Shown in pieces: positions 30,274-40,784 of a stretch of 45,148 nucleotides of DNA (positions are counted from its first letter, which is position 1; every line of letters starts with the position of its first letter). Source of the DNA: Candidatus Pelagibacter sp. (GTDB taxonomy: Bacteria; Pseudomonadota; Alphaproteobacteria; Pelagibacterales; Pelagibacteraceae); NCBI GenBank assembly GCA_045566055.1, contig JBJLED010000018.1:1-45148 (forward strand), read 5' to 3'. A program made the position numbers and the translations under genes. The notes below the pieces were generated by a model. The model worked only from the letters and a program-made list of their open reading frames with translations, was not told where the DNA came from and ran no database searches.

Positions 30274-31277
30274 TGAGTAAAAAAAAATTAGTATTTTCTG
30301 GTGTTCAACCAACAGGAAATCTTCATTTAGGAAATTACTTAGGCGCGCTTAAGAACTTTGTTTCACTACAAAAAGAGATGGATTGTATTTATTGTGTTGT
30401 TGACTTGCATGCTATTACAGTTTTTCAAGATCCCAATCACTTACATAATAACGTGTTAGAAACTGTGGCAAGTTTTTTAGCAACTGGTTTAGACCCTAAT
30501 AAAAGTATAATCTTTAATCAGTCTGCAGTTTCTGGTCATGCAGAGCTTGCCTGGATTCTAAACTGTGTTTCAAGAATAGGTTGGTTAAACAGAATGACTC
30601 AATTTAAAGATAAAGCCGGCTCCGATAAAGAAAAAGCTAGTGTTGGACTTTACATATATCCTAATTTAATGGCTGCGGATATTCTTCTATATAAAGCTAC
30701 TCATGTTCCTGTGGGCGCTGACCAAAAACAACACTTGGAACTTTCTAGAGATATTGCACAGAAATTTAATAATGACTTTAATTGTGAGAACTTCTTTCCT
30801 TTACCTGAACCATTAATTTCCAAAAATATTTCAAGGGTAATGAGTTTAAGAGACGGAACAAAAAAAATGAGTAAATCAGAAGAGTCAGATTATTCGAGAA
30901 TTAATCTTAAAGATACAGAAGACGAGATTAATAAAAAAATCAAAAAAGCAAAATCAGACTCCGAACCAATACCTGAGGGAACAAAATCACTTCAAAAAAA
31001 ACCAGAGGCTTTGAATTTATTAACTATTTATTCTGATTTAACTAAAAATAGTTTAGAGAAAACTGTTTCAGAGATGGCCGGAAAAGATTACTCATATTTA
31101 AAAACTAAATTAGCTGAAGTTTTAATTAATGAAATAACACCAGTTAGAAAAGAAATTCAAAAATTGCTTAAGGATAAGTCACATTTAAAAAATATTTTAA
31201 AAAAAGGCACCGAAAAAGCTAATATAATTGCTGAGGAAAACCTAAAGATTATACGTGATAAAGTAGGCTTGATATAA
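30273..31277 (+). CDS. trpS: tryptophan--tRNA ligase
   Basis: SGVQPTG.LHLGNY, VPVG.DQ, KMSKS. Confidence 0.98.
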   Translation: MSKKKLVFSGVQPTGNLHLGNYLGALKNFVSLQKEMDCIYCVVDLHAITVFQDPNHLHNNVLETVASFLATGLDPNKSIIFNQSAVSGHAELAWILNCVSRIGWLNRMTQFKDKAGSDKEKASVGLYIYPNLMAADILLYKATHVPVGADQKQHLELSRDIAQKFNNDFNCENFFPLPEPLISKNISRVMSLRDGTKKMSKSEESDYSRINLKDTEDEINKKIKKAKSDSEPIPEGTKSLQKKPEALNLLTIYSDLTKNSLEKTVSEMAGKDYSYLKTKLAEVLINEITPVRKEIQKLLKDKSHLKNILKKGTEKANIIAEENLKIIRDKVGLI

Positions 31278-31289
31278 TATAAAGCCTTA

Positions 31290-31841
31290 ATGATACAAAC
31301 AGAAACAACACCCAATCCGGACTCCTTAAAGTTTTTATCCGAAAAAACATTATCGGCTGTTGGAACTGAGGAATTTAAAAAAGAAAAAGAGAATGAAATA
31401 AAAATTCCATTTGTAAAAGAATTATTAAGTTTTAAAGGTGTAGAATTGATTTTGTTATCAGAAAAATTTCTCTCTGTTAAAAAAACTAAAGAAGTTTCAT
31501 GGAGTGTGCTAAAGCCCATGGTGATTTCTCATTTAAATGACTATTTTGAGAAAAGTAATGAACCAATACTAAAGGAAACTAAAAAAACCTCTGAAAATAG
31601 CGATAATAAAAATGAAACTGTGAATAAAATTATTGAAGTTTTAGATACTAAAATACGTCCAGCTGTGGCAAGAGATGGTGGAGATATAAAATTTAAATCC
31701 TTTGAAAATGGAGTTGTAAAAGTGCAATTACAAGGAAGCTGTTCAGGCTGTCCAAGTTCTTTAATGACTTTGAAACAAGGGGTGCAGAATCTTTTAAAAC
31801 ACTATGTTAAAGAAGTAAATTCAGTTGAGGCCGTACAATGA
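31290..31841 (+). CDS. NifU/Nfu-type Fe-S carrier protein
   Basis: TETTPNP scaffold N-terminus, RPAVARDGGD, GSCSGCPSS. Confidence 0.94.
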   Translation: MIQTETTPNPDSLKFLSEKTLSAVGTEEFKKEKENEIKIPFVKELLSFKGVELILLSEKFLSVKKTKEVSWSVLKPMVISHLNDYFEKSNEPILKETKKTSENSDNKNETVNKIIEVLDTKIRPAVARDGGDIKFKSFENGVVKVQLQGSCSGCPSSLMTLKQGVQNLLKHYVKEVNSVEAVQ

Positions 31842-33367
31842 AAAAGAAATTAAGTTATAGAGATAAACTTGTAGAACTAGCTTATATCTACGACGTTAAA
31901 GAGATTAAAGATTACGAGAAAAGTAGAAAGAATTTAACTACTGGTCAACTAGAACTTATTTTAAAAAAAAATAAAATAACAATACCAAAAGATTTTAAAT
32001 CAAATTTTCTAAGAGATAATATTATTAAACCTGTTGGAAAAATAAAATCTAATTTAATAGAATATAAAGAAAATAAAATTAAAGACAAAAATAGAGCAAT
32101 AAGAAAATTAGAAAACTTAAAACTAGATACCAACAGAAAAATTGGTCGAGTATTTAAAGATTTATGGACTCAACTTGGAAAAATAGGATTAAATTTTTTA
32201 AATATTATTCCAAAACTGGGCAGTGTAATTTTTGAATTCTTTGCAAATTTATTTACAGACTTATTCCACGGAATTTATAAACAGCAATTTGAGCCACAAA
32301 AAGCTAAAAAAGTATTAATTGTCATTTCATCAGTGGTAGTTGCAACAACAGTTGCTCTTAGCGGATATAATTATTTTTCTGATGGAAAAGTAGTAAAAAA
32401 AGCTGAAATTAAACAAGACGTTGGAAAAACTGAAATAAAAAAACCTAAAATAAAAAAACCTGAAACTAAAAAAGAGGTGAAGAAACCCCAAATTAAAAAA
32501 TCAGATAGTAAACAAGAAAAGAAAAAAACAAAAGAGAAACCAAAACTTGAGGTAAAAAGAAAAAATGTTGACGAGGTAATTTTACCAAATTTAAATCTAA
32601 AAACCGAGACAGTACTAAATCTTTTTAAAGACGTCGAATATGATCTAGGTAAAGTGCGAGCGCAAAAACTAGTTAAGCCTATATACTTCACTCAGTTTCC
32701 AAGGGACCTTGATGCGCTTCAAAGCACTAAATTAAAGAAAGAGACATTTATTAAAATAGTCTTGCCTTTAATAGTTGCAGAAAATGAAAGAATTCTGGAA
32801 GATAGAGAGAAATTGTTAGTGTTGTCAGGTAAAAAATTTACTACGGATTTAGAAAAACAGTGGATTAGACAAAAACTATTAGAGTACAAAGTAAAAAAAG
32901 GTAATTTAAAAGAATTGATTGTCCGAATGGACATAATTCCAACATCGATTGCTCTAGCTCAGGCAGCAAAAGAAAGCGGATGGGGTACATCAAGATTTGC
33001 TTTGGAAGGGAATGCAATTTTCGGGCAGTGGACTTGGAGTGGGCAAGGAATAGCCCCATTAGACAGAGAGAGCAACAAAAATCATAAGATTTTAAAATTT
33101 CCGATTTTAAGAGCTTCTGTAAAAGCCTATCAAAATAATCTTAATACTCATAAAAGCTATACTAAGTTTAGACAAAAAAGATTAGCTTTAAGGGATAAAA
33201 ATAAAAAAATTAAAGGTCTAGAATTGACTGAAACTCTAAACAATTATGCTCAAACGGGATCTGAATATACAAAGATATTAAACCAAATTATTAAACAAAA
33301 TAGGTTAATGGATTTTGAGCCTGTGAGATTGGTAAACTCAGTTAAAAAAATTGAATTATCTTCTTAA
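31838..33367 (+). CDS. membrane-anchored glucosaminidase-domain (Bax-like) protein
   Basis: LAQAAKESGWGTSRF, GNAIFGQW, NLNTH; TM segment near residues 160-180. Confidence 0.85.
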   Translation: MKKKLSYRDKLVELAYIYDVKEIKDYEKSRKNLTTGQLELILKKNKITIPKDFKSNFLRDNIIKPVGKIKSNLIEYKENKIKDKNRAIRKLENLKLDTNRKIGRVFKDLWTQLGKIGLNFLNIIPKLGSVIFEFFANLFTDLFHGIYKQQFEPQKAKKVLIVISSVVVATTVALSGYNYFSDGKVVKKAEIKQDVGKTEIKKPKIKKPETKKEVKKPQIKKSDSKQEKKKTKEKPKLEVKRKNVDEVILPNLNLKTETVLNLFKDVEYDLGKVRAQKLVKPIYFTQFPRDLDALQSTKLKKETFIKIVLPLIVAENERILEDREKLLVLSGKKFTTDLEKQWIRQKLLEYKVKKGNLKELIVRMDIIPTSIALAQAAKESGWGTSRFALEGNAIFGQWTWSGQGIAPLDRESNKNHKILKFPILRASVKAYQNNLNTHKSYTKFRQKRLALRDKNKKIKGLELTETLNNYAQTGSEYTKILNQIIKQNRLMDFEPVRLVNSVKKIELSS

Positions 33368-33368
33368 G

Positions 33369-34424
33369 CTATTTTTCACCTATTACAAATTGAATCCCTA
33401 GCCATCTCCAAAGCCCACTCGGATCTCTTAGAGAACAGTTAATTCTGCCTCTTTCCCCGACAAATTTTTCATCTATTTTAATTAAAAGAGTATTAGAGTT
33501 TTCAAACTTGATACTAGATTGTCTCCATTTATCACCTTCATTAGAATAGCAACCCACAGATTTTAAATTTTTAATATTATCATAAAACTCAATCTTTACA
33601 TTTGGTGGATTTTTAGTTTGTAAAAGATATTTTTCATCTGGGTAAATCTTTTTGTATTTAAAAGGTAAAGTATTAGTTAAAGATTTAAATCTTTTGATTT
33701 CTCCGTATTTTTCATTAATTGGGTATCTGGGCAATTCATAAAAATCTTTAGTTTCATCTATTACACCGGAATGTTGTCCGAAAGCATATTTAAAACCAAA
33801 TTCCTCAATGATATTTTTAAAATCATTGCTATATTCACCAAATGGATAAGAAAAAAAGTCTGAATTTCTTCCTAAATTTTTTTTAAAAATAGAAATAGAT
33901 TTCGCAATATCTTCTTTTATCAATTGGTTACTTTCGTCCGCAAGATATTCATGTGTATGGCTGTGGTTTCCTATTTCAACAAAATCTTCATTGCTTATTT
34001 CTTTTATTTGATCCCACGTCATGTAATTAAAAGCCCCAACTTCACGTGTACTTACAAATAAAATAAACGGAATTTTTTTTTCTTTTAGTATAGGCCAAGC
34101 ATTTTCATAAAATGAGAGAAAACCATCATCAATTGTTAAAAGAATTTTTCTTTGTAACTTGTTATTCACTAATTCCTTTTCAAAATTTTTCGGATTAATA
34201 AATTTGATATTATTTTGCTCAATAATTCTTAGGTGTTCTTTAAAATCATTTATCCTTATGTTAGTAGATGGATATTTATTTTCCTCAAATCTATGGTACA
34301 TCAGTGAAATTAAACCAAAATCGTCAATATTTTGAATTGAAGTATTCGAATACAAATTGTTTTGAAAAGACAAAATATATATAAACAAATAAATGATAAA
34401 AGATTTTTTAATTTTGAATTGCAC
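33369..34424 (-). CDS. periplasmic polysaccharide deacetylase (CE4/NodB family)
   Basis: LMYH, TIDDG, HSHTH, FSYPFGE, LPR; start proposed at GTG 34424, which gives a typical signal peptide (ORF track starts at 34472). Confidence 0.88.
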   Translation of the reverse strand: MQFKIKKSFIIYLFIYILSFQNNLYSNTSIQNIDDFGLISLMYHRFEENKYPSTNIRINDFKEHLRIIEQNNIKFINPKNFEKELVNNKLQRKILLTIDDGFLSFYENAWPILKEKKIPFILFVSTREVGAFNYMTWDQIKEISNEDFVEIGNHSHTHEYLADESNQLIKEDIAKSISIFKKNLGRNSDFFSYPFGEYSNDFKNIIEEFGFKYAFGQHSGVIDETKDFYELPRYPINEKYGEIKRFKSLTNTLPFKYKKIYPDEKYLLQTKNPPNVKIEFYDNIKNLKSVGCYSNEGDKWRQSSIKFENSNTLLIKIDEKFVGERGRINCSLRDPSGLWRWLGIQFVIGEK

Positions 34425-34776
34425 AGGCAAGACAAATAAAGTTGGACTAAGGTTTGATAAAAATTTCCACATTCTCGATTTAAATACAAAAATTAATAAT
34501 AATGATCAGTTGGTCATAAACATATTAAATCTTATAAAAAAATACAAAGTAAATATTGATAGTAAATTTTCAATTCTTGTGAACAGTGGACCAGGCAGCT
34601 TCTCGTCATTGAGAGCCTCATTAGCTGTGGCAAAAGGAATAAAAATATCGAAGAAAACTAATCTTTTTGGATATAAAGATGAAGATCTTGGCCAATTTAA
34701 CCTTAATAATATTGAACTTTTAATAAAAAAAAATTTAGTGCAAAAAAAATTGATTAAACCCATATATTTAAGTTAA
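34393..34776 (+). CDS. tsaB: short TsaB-like protein (t6A biosynthesis)
   Basis: GPGSFSSLR motif, C-terminal P.Y, synteny before fur-miaB. Confidence 0.8.
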   Translation: MIKDFLILNCTGKTNKVGLRFDKNFHILDLNTKINNNDQLVINILNLIKKYKVNIDSKFSILVNSGPGSFSSLRASLAVAKGIKISKKTNLFGYKDEDLGQFNLNNIELLIKKNLVQKKLIKPIYLS

Positions 34777-34784
34777 ATTATAAA

Positions 34785-35192
34785 ATGAATTCAATCGAAG
34801 AGAAGTGCAAAAACAAAGGAGTTAGACTCACAGATCAAAGAAAAGTGATAGCTCAAGTTATGTCCGAAACAAAAGATCATCCCGACGTAGATGAACTGCA
34901 TAAAAGAGTTAGTGAGGTCGATAAAAAAATTAGTATAGCCACTGTATACCGAACCGTTAAACTTTTTGAAGAAGCAGGAATTTTAGAGAAACATGATTTC
35001 AAAGGAGGCAAAGCAAGATACGAACAGTCGCCTGATGAACATCACGATCACTTAATAGATATAAATAGTGGAGAGATTGTGGAATTTGTTGATAAAGAAA
35101 TTGAAAAACTCCAAATCGAAGTTGCCAAAAAGTTGGGTTATAAGTTAGTAGACCACAAATTAGAATTATACGGGTCAAAAATAAAAAAATAA
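34785..35192 (+). CDS. fur: Fur-family regulator (Fur/Mur)
   Basis: RLTDQR, DHPD, ISIATVYRT, HHDHLID. Confidence 0.92.
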   Translation: MNSIEEKCKNKGVRLTDQRKVIAQVMSETKDHPDVDELHKRVSEVDKKISIATVYRTVKLFEEAGILEKHDFKGGKARYEQSPDEHHDHLIDINSGEIVEFVDKEIEKLQIEVAKKLGYKLVDHKLELYGSKIKK

Positions 35193-35193
35193 A

Positions 35194-36528
35194 TTGCAAA
35201 AAAAAATTTTCATTAAAACTCTTGGATGTCAAATGAATGAATACGATAGTAATCGTATCTTAGATTTAACAAAGAAAATAAATTATACTCCCACAAAAAA
35301 ATTAGACCAAGCAGATTGTTATATTCTTAATACATGTCACATAAGAGAGAAAGCTACAGAAAAAGTTTACCATGATATTGGAAGAGTGAAAAAAATTTTT
35401 AGGAACAAATCAAAACCGATTGTTTTAGTCGCAGGTTGTGTCGCTCAGGCAGAAGGAGACATCTTATTAAAAAAAGAAAAATATGTTGATGCTGTTATTG
35501 GACCACAATCCTATCATCAAATAAATGATACAATTTTGAATTTTGAGCGAAAAAATAAATCTATTAATCTCACCGAATTCAATGTTATAGAAAAATTTGA
35601 CAGTTTAAATAATTTAAATAATTCAGATAATAGAATTTCATCATTCTTAACTGTTCAAGAAGGATGCGATAAATTTTGTAAATTCTGCGTTGTACCTTAC
35701 ACACGCGGTGCAGAATTTTCGCGTTCATTAAAAGAAGTAGTGACCGAGGCAAACCAACTTGTTGATAATGGTGCTAAAGAAATTACCTTACTCGGTCAAA
35801 ATGTTAATGCATATAATTTTGAAAACAAAAGACTTTCTGATTTAATTTTTGAGCTATCTAAAATTTCAGGTTTAAAAAGAATTAGATATAGCACTTCTCA
35901 CCCTAGAGATTTTACAGAGGACTTAATCGAAGTTCATAAAGATTGTAAAAAATTGATGCCATTAATACATTTACCGGTTCAAAGTGGATCTAATCAAATT
36001 TTAGAAGCAATGAACAGAAAACACACAGTTCAAGAATATTTAGAAATTTTAGTTAAATTAAGAAGGGTAAAATCTAATATAAAATTCTCTAGTGATTTTA
36101 TAATAGGTTATCCAGGAGAGACCCACGAAGATTATCTGGAAACAATCAAATTAATGAAAGATGTCAAATTTATTAATTCATATTCTTTTCTTTATAGTGC
36201 AAGACCGGGTACGCCTGCTTACAACTTTGAAAAATTAAATTTAAATGAGTCAAAAAGAAGATTATATAATTTTCAAAAAGTTGCAGATGATATAAAAACT
36301 CAGTATAGAAAAAATTTAATTAATAAAACTGCAAAAGTACTATTTGAAAATAAGTTAAAAAGGGAGAGTAAATATTTTGGTAGAGATGAATTTTTTAATT
36401 CAGTAATTGTAAAAAGTGAAGACGATCTAACTGGTAAAATTATAAATGTTAGGATTGTAGATGTTAATCATAATACATTATTTGGTGAAATTATTTCAGA
36501 ACAAAATCAAACAAATTTTGCAGCTTAA
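35194..36528 (+). CDS. miaB: tRNA ms2i6A37 methylthiotransferase MiaB
   Basis: GCQMN, NTC, GCVAQ, radical SAM CDKFCKFC, TRAM domain; TTG start. Confidence 0.97.
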   Translation: MQKKIFIKTLGCQMNEYDSNRILDLTKKINYTPTKKLDQADCYILNTCHIREKATEKVYHDIGRVKKIFRNKSKPIVLVAGCVAQAEGDILLKKEKYVDAVIGPQSYHQINDTILNFERKNKSINLTEFNVIEKFDSLNNLNNSDNRISSFLTVQEGCDKFCKFCVVPYTRGAEFSRSLKEVVTEANQLVDNGAKEITLLGQNVNAYNFENKRLSDLIFELSKISGLKRIRYSTSHPRDFTEDLIEVHKDCKKLMPLIHLPVQSGSNQILEAMNRKHTVQEYLEILVKLRRVKSNIKFSSDFIIGYPGETHEDYLETIKLMKDVKFINSYSFLYSARPGTPAYNFEKLNLNESKRRLYNFQKVADDIKTQYRKNLINKTAKVLFENKLKRESKYFGRDEFFNSVIVKSEDDLTGKIINVRIVDVNHNTLFGEIISEQNQTNFAA

Positions 36529-36532
36529 ATAA

Positions 36533-37537
36533 ATGTCAGAAATTTCTAAATTAGAACAAATTCTTATAATTAAAAAAATTGATAAGGAAACAGTCAATAT
36601 TTCAATAAACAATAATGAGATGCTAATGATAATTGTTGGTCAATTTGATCAAAATTTAAAAAATTTATCCAAACTTACAAATACAGATGTTTATTTTAGA
36701 GGAAATACGATTACTTGTAAGGGAGAAAAGGAACGCTTATCCATATTTTGTGAAGCTATAAAATTTTTGATAAACAAATATTTAATAACGAATATTATAG
36801 AAAAAGAGGATATAGTTTTAGCTGTGAAAAAAAATTTAGAAATTGAAGAGTCAAATATTAAAAGCTTCAAACAACTAATTAAGACACCTAAGAAATCAGT
36901 AATTGCTAGATCAGAAAAACAATCAGAATATATAAAGGCTTTAAAAGAAAATGATATAGTCATATCGATTGGGCCAGCCGGAACAGGAAAAAGTTTTTTA
37001 GCGGTATCAGTTGCAATAACTTTACTAATGGAAAAAAAAATAGAAAGAGTGATCCTTTCAAGACCGGCAGTTGAGGCTGGTGAAAAATTGGGTTTTTTAC
37101 CAGGCGATATGAAGGAAAAAGTTGATCCATATTTAAGACCTTTATATGACGCTCTATACGAGCTTTTCGGAGCAGATAAAATTGATAAAAAGATTGAAAC
37201 CGGAGAAATTGAGATTGCGCCATTAGCCTTCATGCGAGGAAGAACTCTTAAAAATTGTTTCGCTATTTTAGATGAGGCGCAAAATGCAACTGAGACACAA
37301 ATTAAGATGTTCCTAACAAGAATCGGAGAAAATTCAAAACTTGTAGTTAACGGAGACCCAAGTCAGGTTGATTTAATTAACAAAGGACACTCAGGACTAA
37401 TAAAATCAAAAAATATTCTTAAAGATTTAAAAGAAATAAAGTTAATAGAATTTGATCATAATGATGTTGTAAGACATCCTCTTGTATCGAAAATTATTAG
37501 GGCTTATCAAAACAAAAGCACTGATGATAAAGATTAA
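36533..37537 (+). CDS. PhoH-like ATPase (YbeZ)
   Basis: GPAGTGKS, RPAVEAGE.LGFLPG, MRGRTL. Confidence 0.95.
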   Translation: MSEISKLEQILIIKKIDKETVNISINNNEMLMIIVGQFDQNLKNLSKLTNTDVYFRGNTITCKGEKERLSIFCEAIKFLINKYLITNIIEKEDIVLAVKKNLEIEESNIKSFKQLIKTPKKSVIARSEKQSEYIKALKENDIVISIGPAGTGKSFLAVSVAITLLMEKKIERVILSRPAVEAGEKLGFLPGDMKEKVDPYLRPLYDALYELFGADKIDKKIETGEIEIAPLAFMRGRTLKNCFAILDEAQNATETQIKMFLTRIGENSKLVVNGDPSQVDLINKGHSGLIKSKNILKDLKEIKLIEFDHNDVVRHPLVSKIIRAYQNKSTDDKD

Positions 37538-37991
37538 TGTAGTTACAAATAATAGCGCCTGGCTTAGTTTTATCAAATATCCAATCAATTATATTGATCG
37601 TAGAATAAATAAAATAAACGCAAACGATAAAACTTTTTCTAAAAAAAATATTTTTTGCACTCTGCTTCTCTCTGGAAATAAAGAAATTAAAGATTTAAAT
37701 AAAAAATTTAGGAAAAAAAATAAAGCTACAGATGTCCTATCTTTTCCATTTCAAACCAAGAAAATATTTAAAAATATGCTAAAAAAGGAGAAGGAAATAT
37801 ATTTGGGAGATATAATTGTAAATTTTAGCCAAATAAAAAATAAAAGTAACATTAAAAATTTTAAATCAGAATTTGATAGTTTATGGATACATGGTTTAAT
37901 ACATTTGTTAGGGTATGATCATAAAAAAGATAAAGATTTTCTTAAAATGAAAAATATAGAAAAAAAATATTTAGATTTTATAAATGCTTGA
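37524..37991 (+). CDS. ybeY: rRNA maturation endoribonuclease YbeY
   Basis: TDVLSF, LGDI, HGLIHLLGYDH; start at ATG 37524. Confidence 0.95.
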   Translation: MIKINVVTNNSAWLSFIKYPINYIDRRINKINANDKTFSKKNIFCTLLLSGNKEIKDLNKKFRKKNKATDVLSFPFQTKKIFKNMLKKEKEIYLGDIIVNFSQIKNKSNIKNFKSEFDSLWIHGLIHLLGYDHKKDKDFLKMKNIEKKYLDFINA

Positions 37992-39537
37992 AAAATATTT
38001 AAATAATCGCTTTTTTATTTTATATTTTTTACCTTTTTGTATTGGCTCACTATCGGTCCTATCGTTTTCTCCATTTAATTTCACATGGATAAATTTTATA
38101 ATTTTTCCTTTTTTTTTTTATTTAATTATTTATATAAATAAAAAATCAAAGAGTATTTACCGGAAAAAACCTTATAAAAAAAATTTATTTTTATTTGGGT
38201 TATTATTCGGGTTTGGCTTTTACTTAAGTGGCATTTCATGGATTTCCAATTCCCTAACATTTGATGAAAATTTTAAGATTTTAATACCTTTTGCATTAGT
38301 TTTAGTTCCTCTTTTCCTTAGTCTATTCACAGCCATTATAGTTGTACTAGTTGGCACATATTTAAAATATAATGTTGCTTCAATATTGCTATTTTCAGGA
38401 AGCATTGCGGTTTCGGATTATCTTAGAGCAAAATTGTTTACTGGTTTTCCTTGGAATTTATGGGCATACAGCACCTCATGGGCAAATGAAATATTGCAAA
38501 TATTAAGCTTAACAGGTTTTTACACCTATAATCTTTTAGTAATTACTTTTTTTACATTACCTGCGGTTATTTTTTTTAAAATTAATTCACTTATTAAGTT
38601 TTTAATCCTCTCACTAATTTGTCTTGTTACTTTTTTTTTATATATTTATGGAAATTACGAAATAAATAAAAATAATAAATTATTGGAACAAAATAATGAG
38701 AAGTTTTTTGTTAAAGTAATATCTCCTAATTTTGATTTAAAGTATGGCCTAAGCAAGAGTGACATTGAAGATAGATTTAAACAATTAATAAGATATAGCG
38801 ATCCAAATAAAGATCAAAAAACACTTTTTGTTTGGCCAGAGGGTGTTTTTAGCGGGTATAGTTTTAATGAAATTTCCATTTTTAAAGAATTAATTAGAAA
38901 AAACTTTTCCAATAAACATAATATTATTTTTGGAGCAAATAAACTTGACCCCGAGACTGGCAACTTCTTTAATAGCATGTTGGTTATAAATAATCGTTTT
39001 GAGGTAATTCAAAGTTATAACAAACGAAAACTTGTACCCTTTGGAGAGTTTTTACCATTTGAAAAAATACTTAACAATTTAGGTTTGAAAAAGATAACAG
39101 AAGGGCACGGGTCTTTTCTAAGAGGTAAAAAAAATGACAATTTAATAATAAATGAGTTGAATATTTTACCCCTTATTTGCTATGAGGTAATTTTTACTAA
39201 TTTAATACAAGAGTCTAATATTAATACAAATCTTATCATCAACATCTCTGAAGACGGGTGGTTTGGAAAAACAATAGGGCCAGAGCAGCACTTTGTTAAA
39301 TCAATTTTTAGAGCAATTGAAAATAATACCTTTTTTTTAAGATCTACCAACAAGGGATTAAGTGCAATAATTGACAATAAGGGTAATATTATCAAACAAT
39401 TAAATCGTAATGAGGCTGGAAATATAGAATTAGAAATACCGTTAATAAAATCAAATAAAGTTAAAAATGATTTGATCTTTTTTACACTTTTAATTACATA
39501 TCTTTTAATCTTTTTAATTTACAAAAAAAATGACTAA
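37984..39537 (+). CDS. lnt: apolipoprotein N-acyltransferase
   Basis: TGFPW, VWPE, K.KLVPFGE, ICYE. Confidence 0.96.
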   Translation: MLEKYLNNRFFILYFLPFCIGSLSVLSFSPFNFTWINFIIFPFFFYLIIYINKKSKSIYRKKPYKKNLFLFGLLFGFGFYLSGISWISNSLTFDENFKILIPFALVLVPLFLSLFTAIIVVLVGTYLKYNVASILLFSGSIAVSDYLRAKLFTGFPWNLWAYSTSWANEILQILSLTGFYTYNLLVITFFTLPAVIFFKINSLIKFLILSLICLVTFFLYIYGNYEINKNNKLLEQNNEKFFVKVISPNFDLKYGLSKSDIEDRFKQLIRYSDPNKDQKTLFVWPEGVFSGYSFNEISIFKELIRKNFSNKHNIIFGANKLDPETGNFFNSMLVINNRFEVIQSYNKRKLVPFGEFLPFEKILNNLGLKKITEGHGSFLRGKKNDNLIINELNILPLICYEVIFTNLIQESNINTNLIINISEDGWFGKTIGPEQHFVKSIFRAIENNTFFLRSTNKGLSAIIDNKGNIIKQLNRNEAGNIELEIPLIKSNKVKNDLIFFTLLITYLLIFLIYKKND

Positions 39538-40693
39538 TAAAAATTATTTATTTACCAGTGAATCTGTTTCGGAAGGTCACCCCGATAAAGTTTGCGATAG
39601 AATTTCTGATATGGTTGTGGATTCATATTTATCAAAAGATCCAGTTTCAAGAGTGGCCTGTGAAACTTTGACAACAACAAATAAAGTTGTTTTGGCCGGA
39701 GAAACAAGAGGACCAAAAATAGAAAAAGAGGAATTAATAAGCAAAGTTAGAGATTGTATAAAAGATATAGGTTACGATCAAAGTGGATTTAGCTGGAAAA
39801 CTGCGAACATCGAGACGTTCCTGCACGAGCAATCAACCGACATTGCAATGGGCGTTGACTCCAAAGACAATAAAGATGAAGGAGCTGGAGATCAAGGAAT
39901 TATGTTTGGATATGCCTGCAATGAGACAGATGATTTAATGCCAGCACCAATTCATTACTCCCATAAAATTTTAAGGTTAATGGCAGAGGATAGAAAAAAA
40001 GGAAATTTAAAAGAAATTGAACCTGACTCTAAAAGTCAAGTAACAATGTTGTATGAAAATAACAAACCTGTTAAAGTAACTTCAGTAGTAATATCAACCC
40101 AACATTCTAAAAATCTTAATCAAGAAAAAGTCAAAGAAGCAGTCGAACCATATATTAAAAAGTCTATACCTGAAAAACTGTTGGTAGATCTTGATCCAAA
40201 AGAAATTTATATAAACCCGACTGGACAGTTTATAATTGGTGGACCAGATGGAGATACAGGATTAACTGGAAGAAAAATAATTGTTGATACATATGGAGGT
40301 GCTGCTCCTCATGGCGGTGGAGCATTTTCTGGTAAAGATCCAACAAAGGTTGACAGGTCTGCAGCTTACGCTTCAAGATATTTAGCAAAAAACATTGTAG
40401 CTGCAGGTGTTTCAGAAAAATGTTTAATACAATTAGCCTATGCTATTGGAGTTTCAAAACCTCTATCAATTTTGATTAAATTAGCAGATGGAGATTCTGA
40501 AAAAGTTGAAAAAGTAAAAAAAGTTTTAGAAGACAATTTTGACTTGTCGCCAAGGGGCATTAGGGAATTGTTAAAATTAAATAATCCTATATATGAGATC
40601 ACCTCTGCATACGGTCACTTTGGTAGAAAACCTAGCGATAAAGGTGAATTTACCTGGGAAAAAACTGATAAAATAGATTTATTTAAACTGTAA
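39530..40693 (+). CDS. metK: S-adenosylmethionine synthetase
   Basis: [28 protein letters not shown]. Confidence 0.98.
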   Translation: MTNKNYLFTSESVSEGHPDKVCDRISDMVVDSYLSKDPVSRVACETLTTTNKVVLAGETRGPKIEKEELISKVRDCIKDIGYDQSGFSWKTANIETFLHEQSTDIAMGVDSKDNKDEGAGDQGIMFGYACNETDDLMPAPIHYSHKILRLMAEDRKKGNLKEIEPDSKSQVTMLYENNKPVKVTSVVISTQHSKNLNQEKVKEAVEPYIKKSIPEKLLVDLDPKEIYINPTGQFIIGGPDGDTGLTGRKIIVDTYGGAAPHGGGAFSGKDPTKVDRSAAYASRYLAKNIVAAGVSEKCLIQLAYAIGVSKPLSILIKLADGDSEKVEKVKKVLEDNFDLSPRGIRELLKLNNPIYEITSAYGHFGRKPSDKGEFTWEKTDKIDLFKL

Positions 40694-40745
40694 TCTTGAA
40701 AAAACCATAATTTTCTTCTAATAAATACTAAATTATAGAAGTTAC

Positions 40746-40772
40746 AAAATGGGCACTAGCCCATTTTTTTTT
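40746..40772 (+). terminator. intrinsic terminator or attenuator between metK and nusA
   Basis: AAAATGGGC-ACTA-GCCCA followed by T9, directly before SD AGGAG. Confidence 0.82.
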
Positions 40773-40784
40773 AGGAGCGATTAA

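Noticed and set aside
31265-31287. AGGCTT...AAGCCT inverted repeat before the Nfu gene
   Set aside because: Short 6-bp stem with no T-tract, partly in coding sequence; too weak to call.
34038-34052. Third parS-like sequence TTCACGTG
   Set aside because: The right arm (GAAA) is missing and it lies far from the other two sites.
39400-39530. SAM riboswitch before metK
   Set aside because: metK overlaps lnt, so there is no leader, and no structured GC-rich motif is visible.
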